DNA of 64,000 nucleotides from Eubacteriales bacterium (GTDB taxonomy: Bacteria; Bacillota; Clostridia; Oscillospirales; CAG-272). Each line of letters begins with the position of its first letter. The first letter of the stretch is position 1. A model generated the notes under the pieces. The model saw nothing but the letters and a program-made list of their open reading frames with translations, was not told the DNA's origin and did no database searches. The position numbers were made by a program, and so were the translations under genes. The stretch covers positions 13,837 to 77,836 of the forward strand of contig JAZLCA010000064.1 of the NCBI GenBank assembly GCA_045613985.1, read 5' to 3'. Positions 55,596-64,000 of this stretch are shown here, piece by piece.

Positions 55596-55627
55596 CTTAA
55601 GAAACTTTTTTCAAAAAGTTTCTTAAG
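55596..55627. repeat. Perfect AT-rich palindrome CTTAAGAAACTTTTT-TC-AAAAAGTTTCTTAAG
   Basis: 15-bp arms that are exactly complementary, inside the 214-nt dnaD-dnaC spacer. Confidence 0.85.
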
Positions 55628-55641
55628 CCGCCGGAGGCACT

Positions 55642-56676
55642 TCAACGCTCCTGTTTCTTTCCCGCCTCGTAGTCTTCCCCAAAACTGCGCTTGAGCGCGG
55701 CATCGAAAAAGGCGTCGGTGTCAAAGCTGTTACCGGGCTCACTCTTGGCTTGTCCTGCGGTGGCGCGGCTTTGCTCGGCGGCCTTAATATCGTCCAGCGT
55801 GTGCAGATCGGAGGCCGCCCAACGCTCCAGGATGGAGTTGGTGTAAGGAATGGAGGACTTGCCGATGGCATCCACCGCGATCTCGTAGGCGAGGGTAATG
55901 ATATCCATGCCGTAGCGATAGGTAAACAGCCAAGTGTCGATGTGCTTGCGCTCTTTGGTCGTCAGGGCGCGGCTGTTCATGCCGAACAGCGTGCGGATCT
56001 TGCCCTCCATCTCATTGAGCTCTTGTCTCTTTTTGAGGCACTCTTGCAGTGCGGGAAGAGAGGTGATGCCTTCGTCGTACAAGGAGAAGGCCAGTTTTTC
56101 GGCGTAGCGGACGCTCTTTTTGCCGACCTTGACGCAGTGAGCTAACAAGAGCAGTAAATATTCGCTGTCCACGCCGAGATAATCGACGATGCCCAACAGA
56201 ATGCTCGTTTCATGCGTGCTGAATACCTTGCCGAGTATGCGGGAGCACTCGTCGACCAAAGAGGCCAGCTCGCGCCGCTTTTCCAACAGCGCAACCAGCT
56301 CCTCGGTTGAATAGCGCGGGAGAGATGCCGGGGAGGGAGTGACGGCCGCGGCGGAATCCACGGTAACGACGGGGGCGGGAGCCGGCACCGCGACAGGCGC
56401 AGGTTCGGTCGGTTCCGCGGGCTTGGCCGCACTCTTTTTTTGTGCCGGAGCGTCGGTGATCTTCAAAATGCCCGCTCCTTCAAAATAGGCAAGCGCCCGT
56501 TCTACCGTCAATGCATCGCACCCTGTGTCGGCGGTCAGCTTTTCCTTGGAAGGATTTTTGCCGGCGGCAATGCAGATCAATATTTTGAGAAGATCGCCGT
56601 TCATGTCGGACAGACGGGCGAGGATCGCCTCGGGAAGATTGATGACACCGGTCCCAAATTGTAATTGATACTTCAT
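55642..56676 (-). CDS. DnaD-domain replication protein (DnaB/DnaD-like)
   Basis: Start at MKYQLQFG.. (RBS AAGGAG). C-terminal ..RYGMDIITLAYEIAVD..SIPYTNSILERW is a DnaD-domain pattern. Upstream of the dnaC-like gene. Confidence 0.75.
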   Translation of the reverse strand: MKYQLQFGTGVINLPEAILARLSDMNGDLLKILICIAAGKNPSKEKLTADTGCDALTVERALAYFEGAGILKITDAPAQKKSAAKPAEPTEPAPVAVPAPAPVVTVDSAAAVTPSPASLPRYSTEELVALLEKRRELASLVDECSRILGKVFSTHETSILLGIVDYLGVDSEYLLLLLAHCVKVGKKSVRYAEKLAFSLYDEGITSLPALQECLKKRQELNEMEGKIRTLFGMNSRALTTKERKHIDTWLFTYRYGMDIITLAYEIAVDAIGKSSIPYTNSILERWAASDLHTLDDIKAAEQSRATAGQAKSEPGNSFDTDAFFDAALKRSFGEDYEAGKKQER

Positions 56677-56693
56677 CCGGGTTCTCCTTGTCC

Positions 56694-57413
56694 TCATCCC
56701 TGATCCGCGTGATCGCGGCCGTGGGCGCACAGCTTGTAATTGAGCGTCATGAGAGAGTCGCCCAAGTGGACGTTTTCAACGATGATGGTGTCGTCGTCAA
56801 AGGGAAGCTCCGCTCCCGTGAAGTTCCAAAGTCCCCGTACCCCCAGTGCTACCAGCTGGTCGGATACCTCTTGCGTAGCCTCCTTGGGCATGGTCAGCAC
56901 GGCGAAATCAACGCAGTTTTCTTCGCAGAACTGGGCAAGCGTATCCATGTGACGGACGGCAAGCGATCCAAAGGGCTTGCCGATCAGATCAGGATTGATG
57001 TCGAATAGTCCAATGATATCCACACCCCGCTTTTCAAACATGGTTGAGCGGACGAGGGCACGGCCGAGGTCACCGATGCCGATGACAATGGCGTTCAGTC
57101 CCGCGCCAACACCCAGGATATCACAGATCTTGGCGTACAGATAGTTGACGTTGTAGCCGTAACCCTGCTGACCAAAGCCGCCGAAGCAGTTGAGGTCCTG
57201 TCGGATCTGAGAAGCCGTGACGTTCATGCGGGCGGACAGCTCTCCCGAGCTGATGCGCATCTTGCCCTCTCGCAACAGCTCCCGCAGATAGCGGAAATAG
57301 CGGGGCAGACGCTTGATGACGGCCTGGGAGACGTTGGGGCGCTCGGTTTCCTGAATATTATTTTCGGAAGAGGGGAGCAACTGCTCCTCCTTGAAATTGG
57401 TTTCGTTATTCAT
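56694..57413 (-). CDS. rex: Redox-sensing transcriptional repressor Rex
   Basis: RLPRYFRYLREL, SSGELSARMNVTASQIRQDLNCFGGFGQQGYGYNV, and the Rossmann motif IGIGDLG. Start at MNNETNF (9 nt after GAAAGGAG). Confidence 0.92.
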   Translation of the reverse strand: MNNETNFKEEQLLPSSENNIQETERPNVSQAVIKRLPRYFRYLRELLREGKMRISSGELSARMNVTASQIRQDLNCFGGFGQQGYGYNVNYLYAKICDILGVGAGLNAIVIGIGDLGRALVRSTMFEKRGVDIIGLFDINPDLIGKPFGSLAVRHMDTLAQFCEENCVDFAVLTMPKEATQEVSDQLVALGVRGLWNFTGAELPFDDDTIIVENVHLGDSLMTLNYKLCAHGRDHADQG

Positions 57414-57449
57414 GATTGGCATCTCCTTTCAAAAACAGAGGGGGGATGA

Positions 57450-58469
57450 TTATTCACCTGCCATGACGTCGCAAGCGCTGGCGTTGAGCGAGGTGTCGGC
57501 GGTGCGACCGGCGGCATACTGGAAATAGCCCGCCGCGGCGACCATGGCACCGTTGTCACCGCACAGAGAAAGCGGCGGAGCGATCAGCTTGACCTTCCGC
57601 TTTTGGCACAATTGCCCCAGGGCCGTGCGCAGGTGTGAGTTGGCGGCAACACCACCGGCCATAACCAGCGTCTTCTCGCCCGTCTGGGTGATTGCCTGGT
57701 CGACTTTTTTCTCGATGGCTTGTACGATGGTAGAGGTATAAGACGCGGCCAGATCGGCGCGGTCGATGCTCTCTCCGCGCTGATTTGCCGAATTGATCAA
57801 ATTGAGGGCGGCTGTCTTCAGGCCGCTGAAGGAAAAGGCCAGCTCCTCGCCGGCAATGGCGGGAGAGGGCAGAGCGAAGGCCTTTTTGTTGCCTTCGTAA
57901 GCGAGTTTATCCAGTGCTGCGCCGCCGGGATAAGGCAGACCAATCACGCGTCCGATCTTGTCAAACGCCTCGCCTGCCGCGTCGTCGCGGGTGGCACCGA
58001 TCTCCTCGAAGGTAATCTCGTCGCGCACGCGATACAAAGACGTGTGTCCGCCCGAGACAACCAGCGCCAAAAAGGGCGGGCGCAGGGTAGGATCGGAGAG
58101 ATAGGCCGCCGCTACGTGAGCGTGAATATGGTTGACGGATACCAGCGGGATGTTGTGCGAGAAGGCCAACGATTTGGCAAAATTGACGCCGACAAGCAAC
58201 GCACCGATCAATCCGGGGTGGGTGGTTACAGCCACAGCGCCAATGTCGGACAGCGACAGTCCGGCCGTCTGGAGAGCCTCGTAGGTGATACGGCTGATGG
58301 CCTCCACGTGAGCGCGGCTGGCAATTTCGGGGACAACACCGCCGTACAAACGGTGGGTATCGATTTGAGAGGCGACGATGTTGGCGCAGATTTCACGCCG
58401 TTCGCCGTCCATGCGCACGATGGCGGCGGACGTTTCGTCGCAAGAGCTTTCCATTCCCAATACGTACAT
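57450..58469 (-). CDS. tsaD: tRNA N6-adenosine threonylcarbamoyltransferase
   Basis: MYVLGMESSCDETSAAIV, HVEAI, the H-x-x-x-H (NHIHAHV) metal site, and GGVAAN. Confidence 0.93.
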   Translation of the reverse strand: MYVLGMESSCDETSAAIVRMDGERREICANIVASQIDTHRLYGGVVPEIASRAHVEAISRITYEALQTAGLSLSDIGAVAVTTHPGLIGALLVGVNFAKSLAFSHNIPLVSVNHIHAHVAAAYLSDPTLRPPFLALVVSGGHTSLYRVRDEITFEEIGATRDDAAGEAFDKIGRVIGLPYPGGAALDKLAYEGNKKAFALPSPAIAGEELAFSFSGLKTAALNLINSANQRGESIDRADLAASYTSTIVQAIEKKVDQAITQTGEKTLVMAGGVAANSHLRTALGQLCQKRKVKLIAPPLSLCGDNGAMVAAAGYFQYAAGRTADTSLNASACDVMAGE

Positions 58470-58474
58470 AAAAA

Positions 58475-58939
58475 TCAATCCTTTGTCGGTTGTGTGCCGC
58501 CCTCGAGAGAGGCGCGCATCAGAAGCGCATCTTCGGTCGGATGGCGGTAGAAATTTTTGCGCCTGCCCACGGTCTCAAATCCAGCGGACTCGTACAGGGC
58601 AATGGCAGAGGTGTTGGAGGGGCGAACCTCCAAAAATACGAAAGCAAGGTGCAAACGTGCAGTCTCCTCGAGCAAGGCCGATACCACGGCGCGTCCCAGT
58701 CCTTGACGGCGGGCGTCGGGGTGAGTGGCGACGTTAGTGATGGAGCCTTCATCGGCGGCGTAAGTCATGCCGACGTAGGCCAAAACGTCCCCCTGCTCGT
58801 TCACGGCGGCAAAGCCGATGCCGTGGTCACGGCAGAGTGTCTGCAAAGCCTGCTCGCTCCAGGGCTCATGGGGAAAGCACAGCTGTTCCAGCACGGCCGC
58901 TCCCGCAAGATGCTCGGGCATCAAACGAACGACCTTCAT
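58475..58939 (-). CDS. rimI: Ribosomal-protein-alanine N-acetyltransferase (GNAT)
   Basis: Start at MKVVRLMPEH... GNAT motif A RRQGLGRAVV. Position is immediately upstream of tsaD. Confidence 0.8.
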   Translation of the reverse strand: MKVVRLMPEHLAGAAVLEQLCFPHEPWSEQALQTLCRDHGIGFAAVNEQGDVLAYVGMTYAADEGSITNVATHPDARRQGLGRAVVSALLEETARLHLAFVFLEVRPSNTSAIALYESAGFETVGRRKNFYRHPTEDALLMRASLEGGTQPTKD

Positions 58940-59682
58940 GCGGCGGGCTTCTCCTCTTGACCTGCGGTGGTGCCGCCGTCGATCAGACGGAAAATATCGT
59001 TCGATATTACGACGCAACGCTTGCTGTAACGATCATACAGGAAATAACGGCCGAGGTTAACCTCAAGCTCCTCGCCCGCCTCGGTCATTACCACGTCATA
59101 CACGTCCTCGCCGTATTCCAACAGCTTGATGGTGTAATACAAACCGGGAACGGTATCGCTGGTGAAACGCAAGGTATAGATGCGAGCGGGATCCAAATAG
59201 GAGGGGTAGGTGACGGCGGTGTTGTCGTCCCAGCATTGCTTGAGATCGTTCAGAATGGGGGCGTGCTGCTCGTTGGTCGCGTTCAGGGTCAGTAGCGAAA
59301 CAACGATGGCGGTGTCGTTGCAGACGATGGCCGAGGACAATTCCCACTGATCAAATGTGGGGAAGTCGATGTCCTTGTCGTGATAAACGTCGCCGTAGAC
59401 GGAGCACAAATAGTCGGTGGGCGCAAGGCCGGCGATCTCATACAAAATATAGGTCATACCCGACAGATCCAACTCGCCGTATTCGTCGCCGCTTGCGATG
59501 GGCTCGTAGGAGGCGGGGAGAGCTTGGTAGGTCGTGTCGGTCTTTTTATCAAAATAGTCACTGCCCTCGGTCGTCATGACGTGCAGCTTTTTGCCACAGG
59601 AAAACAGAGACAAAAGGCAACTCAAGACCAAGACAAGTGCGATGGCTGTGCGCAGGGCGCGGGAGGAAGGGTGAGAAAACAT
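58936..59682 (-). CDS. Lipoprotein of unknown function, translationally coupled to rimI
   Basis: MFSHPSSRALRTAIALVLVLSCLLSLFSC lipobox. The stop overlaps the rimI ATG (ATGA). Confidence 0.6.
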   Translation of the reverse strand: MFSHPSSRALRTAIALVLVLSCLLSLFSCGKKLHVMTTEGSDYFDKKTDTTYQALPASYEPIASGDEYGELDLSGMTYILYEIAGLAPTDYLCSVYGDVYHDKDIDFPTFDQWELSSAIVCNDTAIVVSLLTLNATNEQHAPILNDLKQCWDDNTAVTYPSYLDPARIYTLRFTSDTVPGLYYTIKLLEYGEDVYDVVMTEAGEELEVNLGRYFLYDRYSKRCVVISNDIFRLIDGGTTAGQEEKPAA

Positions 59683-59705
59683 AATGATCCTTTCTGTGTG
59701 AGGGC

Positions 59706-60194
59706 TCAATAGCCGAATTTTCCGCTCAACGAGTCGTCATCTTCGATCCAATCCTGGACGTTGACAATGTGAAAATCATCCTTGGTATCACGGAAAATGA
59801 CGGTGGTGATGCCGGCGTTAATGACCATGCGCTTGCACATCATGCAAGAGCAGATGTTGCCGATGATGTCGCCGCTTGAGGGATCAACGCAAGTCTGATA
59901 CAAGGTTGCGCCCAGCATCTGATCGCGGGGGGCGGCGATGATGGCGTTGGCCTCAGCGTGTACCGAGCGGCACATCTCGTAGCGTTCGCCGCGGGGAATC
60001 TGCAATTTTTCACGCATACAGAAATTCAGGTCGGTGCAATTCTGACGGCCGCGGGGAGCGCCGTTGTAGCCGGTGGCAATGATGACGTCGTCCTTGACAA
60101 TGATGGCGCCGTATTTCTTGCGCATGCAGGTGCTTCTCTCGGCGACGGTCTGGGCGATATCAAGATAATAATTATGTTTGGAAACGCGTTGCAT
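59706..60194 (-). CDS. comEB: dCMP deaminase (ComEB-type)
   Basis: Start at MQRVSKHNYYLDIA.. (RBS AAGGAG). VHAEANAI and PCxxC-like CMMCKRMV zinc site. Confidence 0.85.
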   Translation of the reverse strand: MQRVSKHNYYLDIAQTVAERSTCMRKKYGAIIVKDDVIIATGYNGAPRGRQNCTDLNFCMREKLQIPRGERYEMCRSVHAEANAIIAAPRDQMLGATLYQTCVDPSSGDIIGNICSCMMCKRMVINAGITTVIFRDTKDDFHIVNVQDWIEDDDSLSGKFGY

Positions 60195-60299
60195 GGGTAG
60201 ACTCCTTCCAAAACTCAAATTTGCAGACAGTTAATATAATTATAATATATATATAACGTAAAATCAAGGGGATTTGACAATTTTTTTGTTCTGAACGAA

Positions 60300-60335
60300 A
60301 AAGCACGCCCTGCCTTTTTGGCAGGGCGTGGCATC
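60300..60335. terminator. Terminator hairpin CACGCCCTGCC-TTTTT-GGCAGGGCGTG
   Basis: 11-bp GC-rich stem. On the minus strand it is followed by CTTTTTCG. Confidence 0.75.
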
Positions 60336-60632
60336 TTATTGTTCGGGGTTCTTTTTTGCGGCGATCTTTTGCTCCAGTGCATCAATGTCCGCTTGCAAGG
60401 CGGCGATGTCGGAAAGATGTGACTCAATGCTTAAGGGGGCGTCATCGTCCGTCGAAAGAGATTGCTCGTAAACGGCTTTGCCCAGCGTGATATAGGCTTC
60501 TTCCAAGTCCGCTTTTTTAGCGGAGATCTTCAAACGGATGGCGGCGGTGTCCGAAAGATCCTCGATCTTGCGGCCGGTTTGCTTTGCGAAACCGGAAATG
60601 CTTTTGCAAATATCATCCCACGTACTTGCCAT
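60336..60632 (-). CDS. Small coiled-coil protein (98 aa), unknown function
   Basis: Start at MASTWDDICKSI.. (RBS AAAGGAG). Heptad-like C-terminus ..DIAALQADIDALEQKIAAKK. Confidence 0.55.
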   Translation of the reverse strand: MASTWDDICKSISGFAKQTGRKIEDLSDTAAIRLKISAKKADLEEAYITLGKAVYEQSLSTDDDAPLSIESHLSDIAALQADIDALEQKIAAKKNPEQ

Positions 60633-60783
60633 AAAAACTCCTTTGCTCCTCGCCGTCCGTTGATTGGCGGCGGGAATGGTTTGTGCTACCATTATACTCG
60701 TTTTGGCGGGCGGTGTCAAGCGGTTGCATAAAAAAGACGCTTCACCGCATACTAATCAAGCACGATAAAGGAGGTACGGATAA

Positions 60784-61227
60784 ATGCAAATGGATAAAAA
60801 AAGCTACAAAGCCTTTGCCGAAGCGCATGCGCCGCGTTCGCCCATCGTCCAGGATTGTCTGCGGGCGTTTTTTGTGGGAGGGGCGATCTGCACCGTGGCT
60901 CAGGGGGTGACATTGTTGTATATGACCCTGGGGATGCCCAAAGAGGATGCGGCCACGCTGACTTCGGTGACGTTGGTGGCCCTGGCTGCTCTTTTGACGG
61001 GCCTTGGGTGGTTCGTCAAGCTCGCCAAGTTCGCGGGGGCGGGGACGCTGGTGCCCATCACCGGCTTTGCCAACGCGGTCGTCTCCCCTGCCATCGATTG
61101 CAAAGCGGAGGGCTGGGTACTGGGCGTCGGAGCGAAAATTTTCACCGTCGCAGGCCCGGTGCTGCTCTATGGCACGTTGGCGGGGGCCGTTTGGGGCGTC
61201 ATATACTGGATATGCGGCTTGTTTTAA
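60784..61227 (+). CDS. spoVAC: Stage V sporulation protein AC
   Basis: 147 aa, 4 TM segments. ..FFVGGAICTVAQG..PITGFANAVVSPA..GPVLLYG.. is the typical SpoVAC/AEB pattern. Confidence 0.85.
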   Translation: MQMDKKSYKAFAEAHAPRSPIVQDCLRAFFVGGAICTVAQGVTLLYMTLGMPKEDAATLTSVTLVALAALLTGLGWFVKLAKFAGAGTLVPITGFANAVVSPAIDCKAEGWVLGVGAKIFTVAGPVLLYGTLAGAVWGVIYWICGLF

Positions 61228-61276
61228 GGGGTGGCTCGGCATGAGCCGCCTTTTTAATTTTTGCAATATGTTACGA

Positions 61277-61888
61277 TTACCGAATGATTCGCCGGGCGGC
61301 GTCGATGGCGGCTTCGGTATCGCTTGCCAGGATGAGAAGCACATATTTTCCAATGACGACAACTTGCCCTTTCTCGGTGATCGGCTGCTCTTGTGTACCT
61401 CGGTATTGCTTTTGCAGAGCATTCAAACGTCCCAACAGAAGACGCGCAACCTCCCCGGTGTCTGCTCGACTCACACAGCGAATGACGATGTACTCCTCGG
61501 GAGATGCAGTGGTGCCGAATCGGAAGGCCCCACCGTCTGAAATCCCTTGGGACAGCTGCCAAATCTCGGGCTGCTCGCTTTTGGAATATTCCGGGGAAAA
61601 GGCGGCGGATAACAGCTCGGGCGAGGCCACTCGTACCCGAAGCCCCGATTCCTCCGCTTGCGCAAGACCGTTCGGCGCGGCGGTTCCGGGAAGGAGATAA
61701 AGATCCCCGGCGGCAAGGCTTGGAGAAGCCGCCGTTACGGCGAGAATGATCTCGAGCGTGTCGGGCTGCGGCGCGGGGGCGCAGGAGGCCGTCATGGTGA
61801 TAAGAGAGGAAACAAGCAAAAAGCATAGGATGAATCGAAATATCAATATATTATTTTTTGCAGATGTTTGCAAAAGGCGCTTGGTCAT
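61277..61888 (-). CDS. Lipoprotein, DUF4358-like
   Basis: Lipobox LITMTASC. The C-terminal ..VVVIGKYVLLILASD.. pattern is recalled from DUF4358 proteins. Assignment is from memory only. Confidence 0.5.
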   Translation of the reverse strand: MTKRLLQTSAKNNILIFRFILCFLLVSSLITMTASCAPAPQPDTLEIILAVTAASPSLAAGDLYLLPGTAAPNGLAQAEESGLRVRVASPELLSAAFSPEYSKSEQPEIWQLSQGISDGGAFRFGTTASPEEYIVIRCVSRADTGEVARLLLGRLNALQKQYRGTQEQPITEKGQVVVIGKYVLLILASDTEAAIDAARRIIR

Positions 61889-62008
61889 ATGGGATCACCT
61901 CAAGGTAAGATATGCGGCGCGTCCGTATCTTATGCACACACGGCAAAATGCCCAACAAAAGGGTGAAAAACGGCGCAAAGTACCCGAAGATTTGTGCAGG
62001 ATTTTGTC

Positions 62009-62037
62009 TTTATGGCGATTGACTTTTTGGGAAGTAT
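62009..62037 (+). promoter_or_regulatory. sigma-A-like promoter of the diol dehydratase operon (TTGACT-N17-TATAAT)
   Basis: Hexamers at 62009-62014 and 62032-62037, followed by a leader of about 125 nt. Confidence 0.6.
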
Positions 62038-62167
62038 ATAGTATAATATAAGAGATTAGAATGTTACGATCGGAAATTGTATCCACAAGGGTGCGGTTTC
62101 CGCGACTTCATACGCGCGCGTACGCGTAAGCACGCGCGAGATTTGCAACGGAAAGGAACTGTTCACC

Positions 62168-63832
62168 ATGAAAAGATCCAAGAGATTTGAGGCATTGGAT
62201 GCCCGTCCCGTCAACCTGGACGGCTACATCAGCGAGTGGCCCGAAATGGGCTTCGTCGCCATGCACAGCCCCTATGATCCTAAGCCCTCCATCAAGATCA
62301 GCGGCGGTAAGATCATCGAGCTGGACGGCAAAGCAAGAAAGGACTTCGACTTTATCGATACCTTTATTGCGGATCACGCCATTAACATCCAGCGCGCTCC
62401 CGTATCCATGTCGATTCCCTCGCTCGAGATCGCAAGAAAGATTGTCGATATCCACGTGCCGAGAAAAGAGATTCTGAAGATTTGTTCGGGTATTTCGCCC
62501 GCTAAGATGGCTGAGGTCATCGGACACCTCAACGTGGTTGAATTGATGATGGGTATGCAGAAAATGCGCGCCCGTCTGCGCCCCTTCAATCAGGCGCACA
62601 TCACCAACTTGAAGGATGATCCCGTTCAGCTGGCGGCCGATGCGGCCGAGGGCGCACTTCGCGGCTTTGCCGAGGAGGAGACCACCATGGGTATCGCCCG
62701 TTACGCTCCCTTCTCCGCTATGGCGATTTTGATCGGCTCGCAGGCAGGACGCCCCGGCGTTCTGACTCAGTGCTCCTCGGAGGAGGCGACCGAGCTGGAT
62801 CTGGGTATCCGCGGCTTGACTACTTACGCCGAGACCGTTTCGGTCTACGGTACCGAAAAGGTGTTCGTCGACGGTGACGATACTCCCTATTCCAAGGCGT
62901 TTCTTAACTCCGCGTATGCATCGCGCGGTCTGAAGGTGCGCTTCACTTCGGGTGCCGGTTCCGAGGTGCTCATGGGCTACAGCGAAAAGAAATCCATGCT
63001 GTATCTGGAGTGCCGTTGCCTGTACGTTACCAAGGGTGCCGGCTCGCAGGGAACGCAGAACGGTGCGATCAGCTGTATCGCCGTTCCTGCCTCCGTTCCT
63101 GCCGGTATTCGCGAGGTGCTGGGTGAAAACCTGGTGGCAACCCTGCTCGGTTTGGAATGTGCTTCGGGTAATGACCAGAGCTTTTCCAATTCCCCCGCCC
63201 GCCGCACGACGCGCACCCTCTTGGAGCTGATGCCGGGTACGGACTTCATCTTCTCGGGTTATGCAGCCGAGCCCAACTACGATAATATGTTCGCCGGCTC
63301 CAACTTCGATGCCGAGGACTTTGACGATTACAACGTTCTGCAGCGCGATCTGCAGGTGGACGGCGGTCTTCGCCCCGTCTTGGAAGAGGACGTCATCGCG
63401 GTGCGCCGCAAGGCAGCCAAGGCGGTACAGTCTGTCTTCCGTTACCTTGGCTTGACCGAGATTACGGACGAGCAGGTCGAGGCTGTTGTTTATGCTCACG
63501 GCTCCAAGGACACGCTCAACCGCGACGTTCCTGCCGATCTGATCGCCTGCGAGGATATGCTCAAGCGAGGCATCACGGGCATCGACGTTTGCCGTGCGCT
63601 GGCCGAAACGGGACATGAGGACATCGCGCAAAGAGTTCTTAATATGCTCAAGCAGCGCGTGGTCGGTGACTATATGCAGACCTCGGCGGTGCTGGACGAG
63701 AACTACCGCGTGCTCAGTGCCATCAATACGCCCAACACTTACATGGGCCCCGGCACAGGCTACCGTCTGGACGGCGAGCGTTGGGAGGAAATCAAGGACA
63801 TTCCTCACCAAATCGACCCCCACAATCTTTGA
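62168..63832 (+). CDS. pduC: B12-dependent diol/glycerol dehydratase, large subunit
   Basis: 554 aa. MKRSKRFEALDARPVNLDG.., ..ECASGNDQSFS.. and FAGSNFDAEDFDDYNVLQRDL are hallmark PduC/DhaB1 segments. Confidence 0.92.
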   Translation: MKRSKRFEALDARPVNLDGYISEWPEMGFVAMHSPYDPKPSIKISGGKIIELDGKARKDFDFIDTFIADHAINIQRAPVSMSIPSLEIARKIVDIHVPRKEILKICSGISPAKMAEVIGHLNVVELMMGMQKMRARLRPFNQAHITNLKDDPVQLAADAAEGALRGFAEEETTMGIARYAPFSAMAILIGSQAGRPGVLTQCSSEEATELDLGIRGLTTYAETVSVYGTEKVFVDGDDTPYSKAFLNSAYASRGLKVRFTSGAGSEVLMGYSEKKSMLYLECRCLYVTKGAGSQGTQNGAISCIAVPASVPAGIREVLGENLVATLLGLECASGNDQSFSNSPARRTTRTLLELMPGTDFIFSGYAAEPNYDNMFAGSNFDAEDFDDYNVLQRDLQVDGGLRPVLEEDVIAVRRKAAKAVQSVFRYLGLTEITDEQVEAVVYAHGSKDTLNRDVPADLIACEDMLKRGITGIDVCRALAETGHEDIAQRVLNMLKQRVVGDYMQTSAVLDENYRVLSAINTPNTYMGPGTGYRLDGERWEEIKDIPHQIDPHNL

Positions 63833-63867
63833 TTTGAACTACACCACCAAAACGGAGGATTTTACAT

Positions 63868-64000
63868 ATGCAACTCACTGAAGATATCCGCAAGAAAATA
63901 ACCGAAGCCGTTATCCGCGAATCCGCACAGCTGGACGGCATCCGCCCCGAGGAAATGCTTCACTCGGTCGTTGATTATCTGGAGGGCGCGGAGCCCCGCA
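63868..64000 (+). CDS. pduD: Diol/glycerol dehydratase medium subunit, N-terminal fragment (continues beyond the window)
   Basis: Not in the ORF track (open-ended). ATG at 63868 after GGAGGA. MQLTEDIRKKITEAVIRESAQLDG... The call rests on position directly after pduC. Confidence 0.7.
   Translation, partial: MQLTEDIRKKITEAVIRESAQLDGIRPEEMLHSVVDYLEGAEPR

Noticed and set aside
61900-62167. An adenosylcobalamin riboswitch upstream of pduC.
   Set aside because: The leader is only about 125 nt and I could not find a B12-box-like consensus or the multi-stem architecture. It is kept only as a low-interest structured leader.

Overview
This window is a GC-rich Clostridia-type chromosomal segment from a likely spore-former. 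Markers include spoVT, spoVAC, Prp-processed L27, a T-box-controlled ileS, and many lipoproteins with a Cys lipobox. I did not attempt a species call.

Gene content, left to right:
- an XRE-HTH/beta-repeat protein that is missing from the ORF track because it runs off the window edge
- a MacB/FtsX-type ABC pair
- GTP-PEPCK
- an orphan GyrB/ParE-like subunit, a metallophosphoesterase, an SDR and a long-type phosphofructokinase
- a tandemly duplicated pair of orphan SBP-like lipoproteins
- a heterodimeric ABC exporter
- a 1169-aa lipoprotein
- tRNA-Lys(UUU), a fused MacB-type ABC protein and tRNA-Arg(CCU)
- a YwaF-like membrane protein
- rplU-prp-rpmA
- a six-gene dlt-like acylation operon
- T-box-ileS, lspA, rluD and a HAD hydrolase
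- two further lipoproteins
- a LacI-controlled sugar-acid (kdgK/eda) operon
- a visibly AT-richer single-gene insertion encoding a Cys/His-repeat surface protein
- spoVT, dnaD/dnaC-like genes, rex, tsaD, rimI and dCMP deaminase
- spoVAC
- the start of a B12-dependent diol dehydratase operon

Most worth a second look:
1. The Cys/His-repeat surface-protein insertion, which is bracketed by a duplicated spoVT promoter segment.
2. The same 17-aa Cys-stapled acidic module in the tethers of the duplicated SBP-like lipoproteins.
3. An in-frame TGA at a conserved Trp position of ileS.
4. Two tRNA genes, each followed exactly 147 nt downstream by a degenerate copy of its own 3' end that carries the same T-loop insertion.
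5. A mosaic hairpin repeat family in several intergenic regions.
6. A non-canonical dlt-like operon.

I saw no CRISPR array, rRNA, transposase or integrase. All calls come from reading the sequence and recalling motifs. No database search was run.
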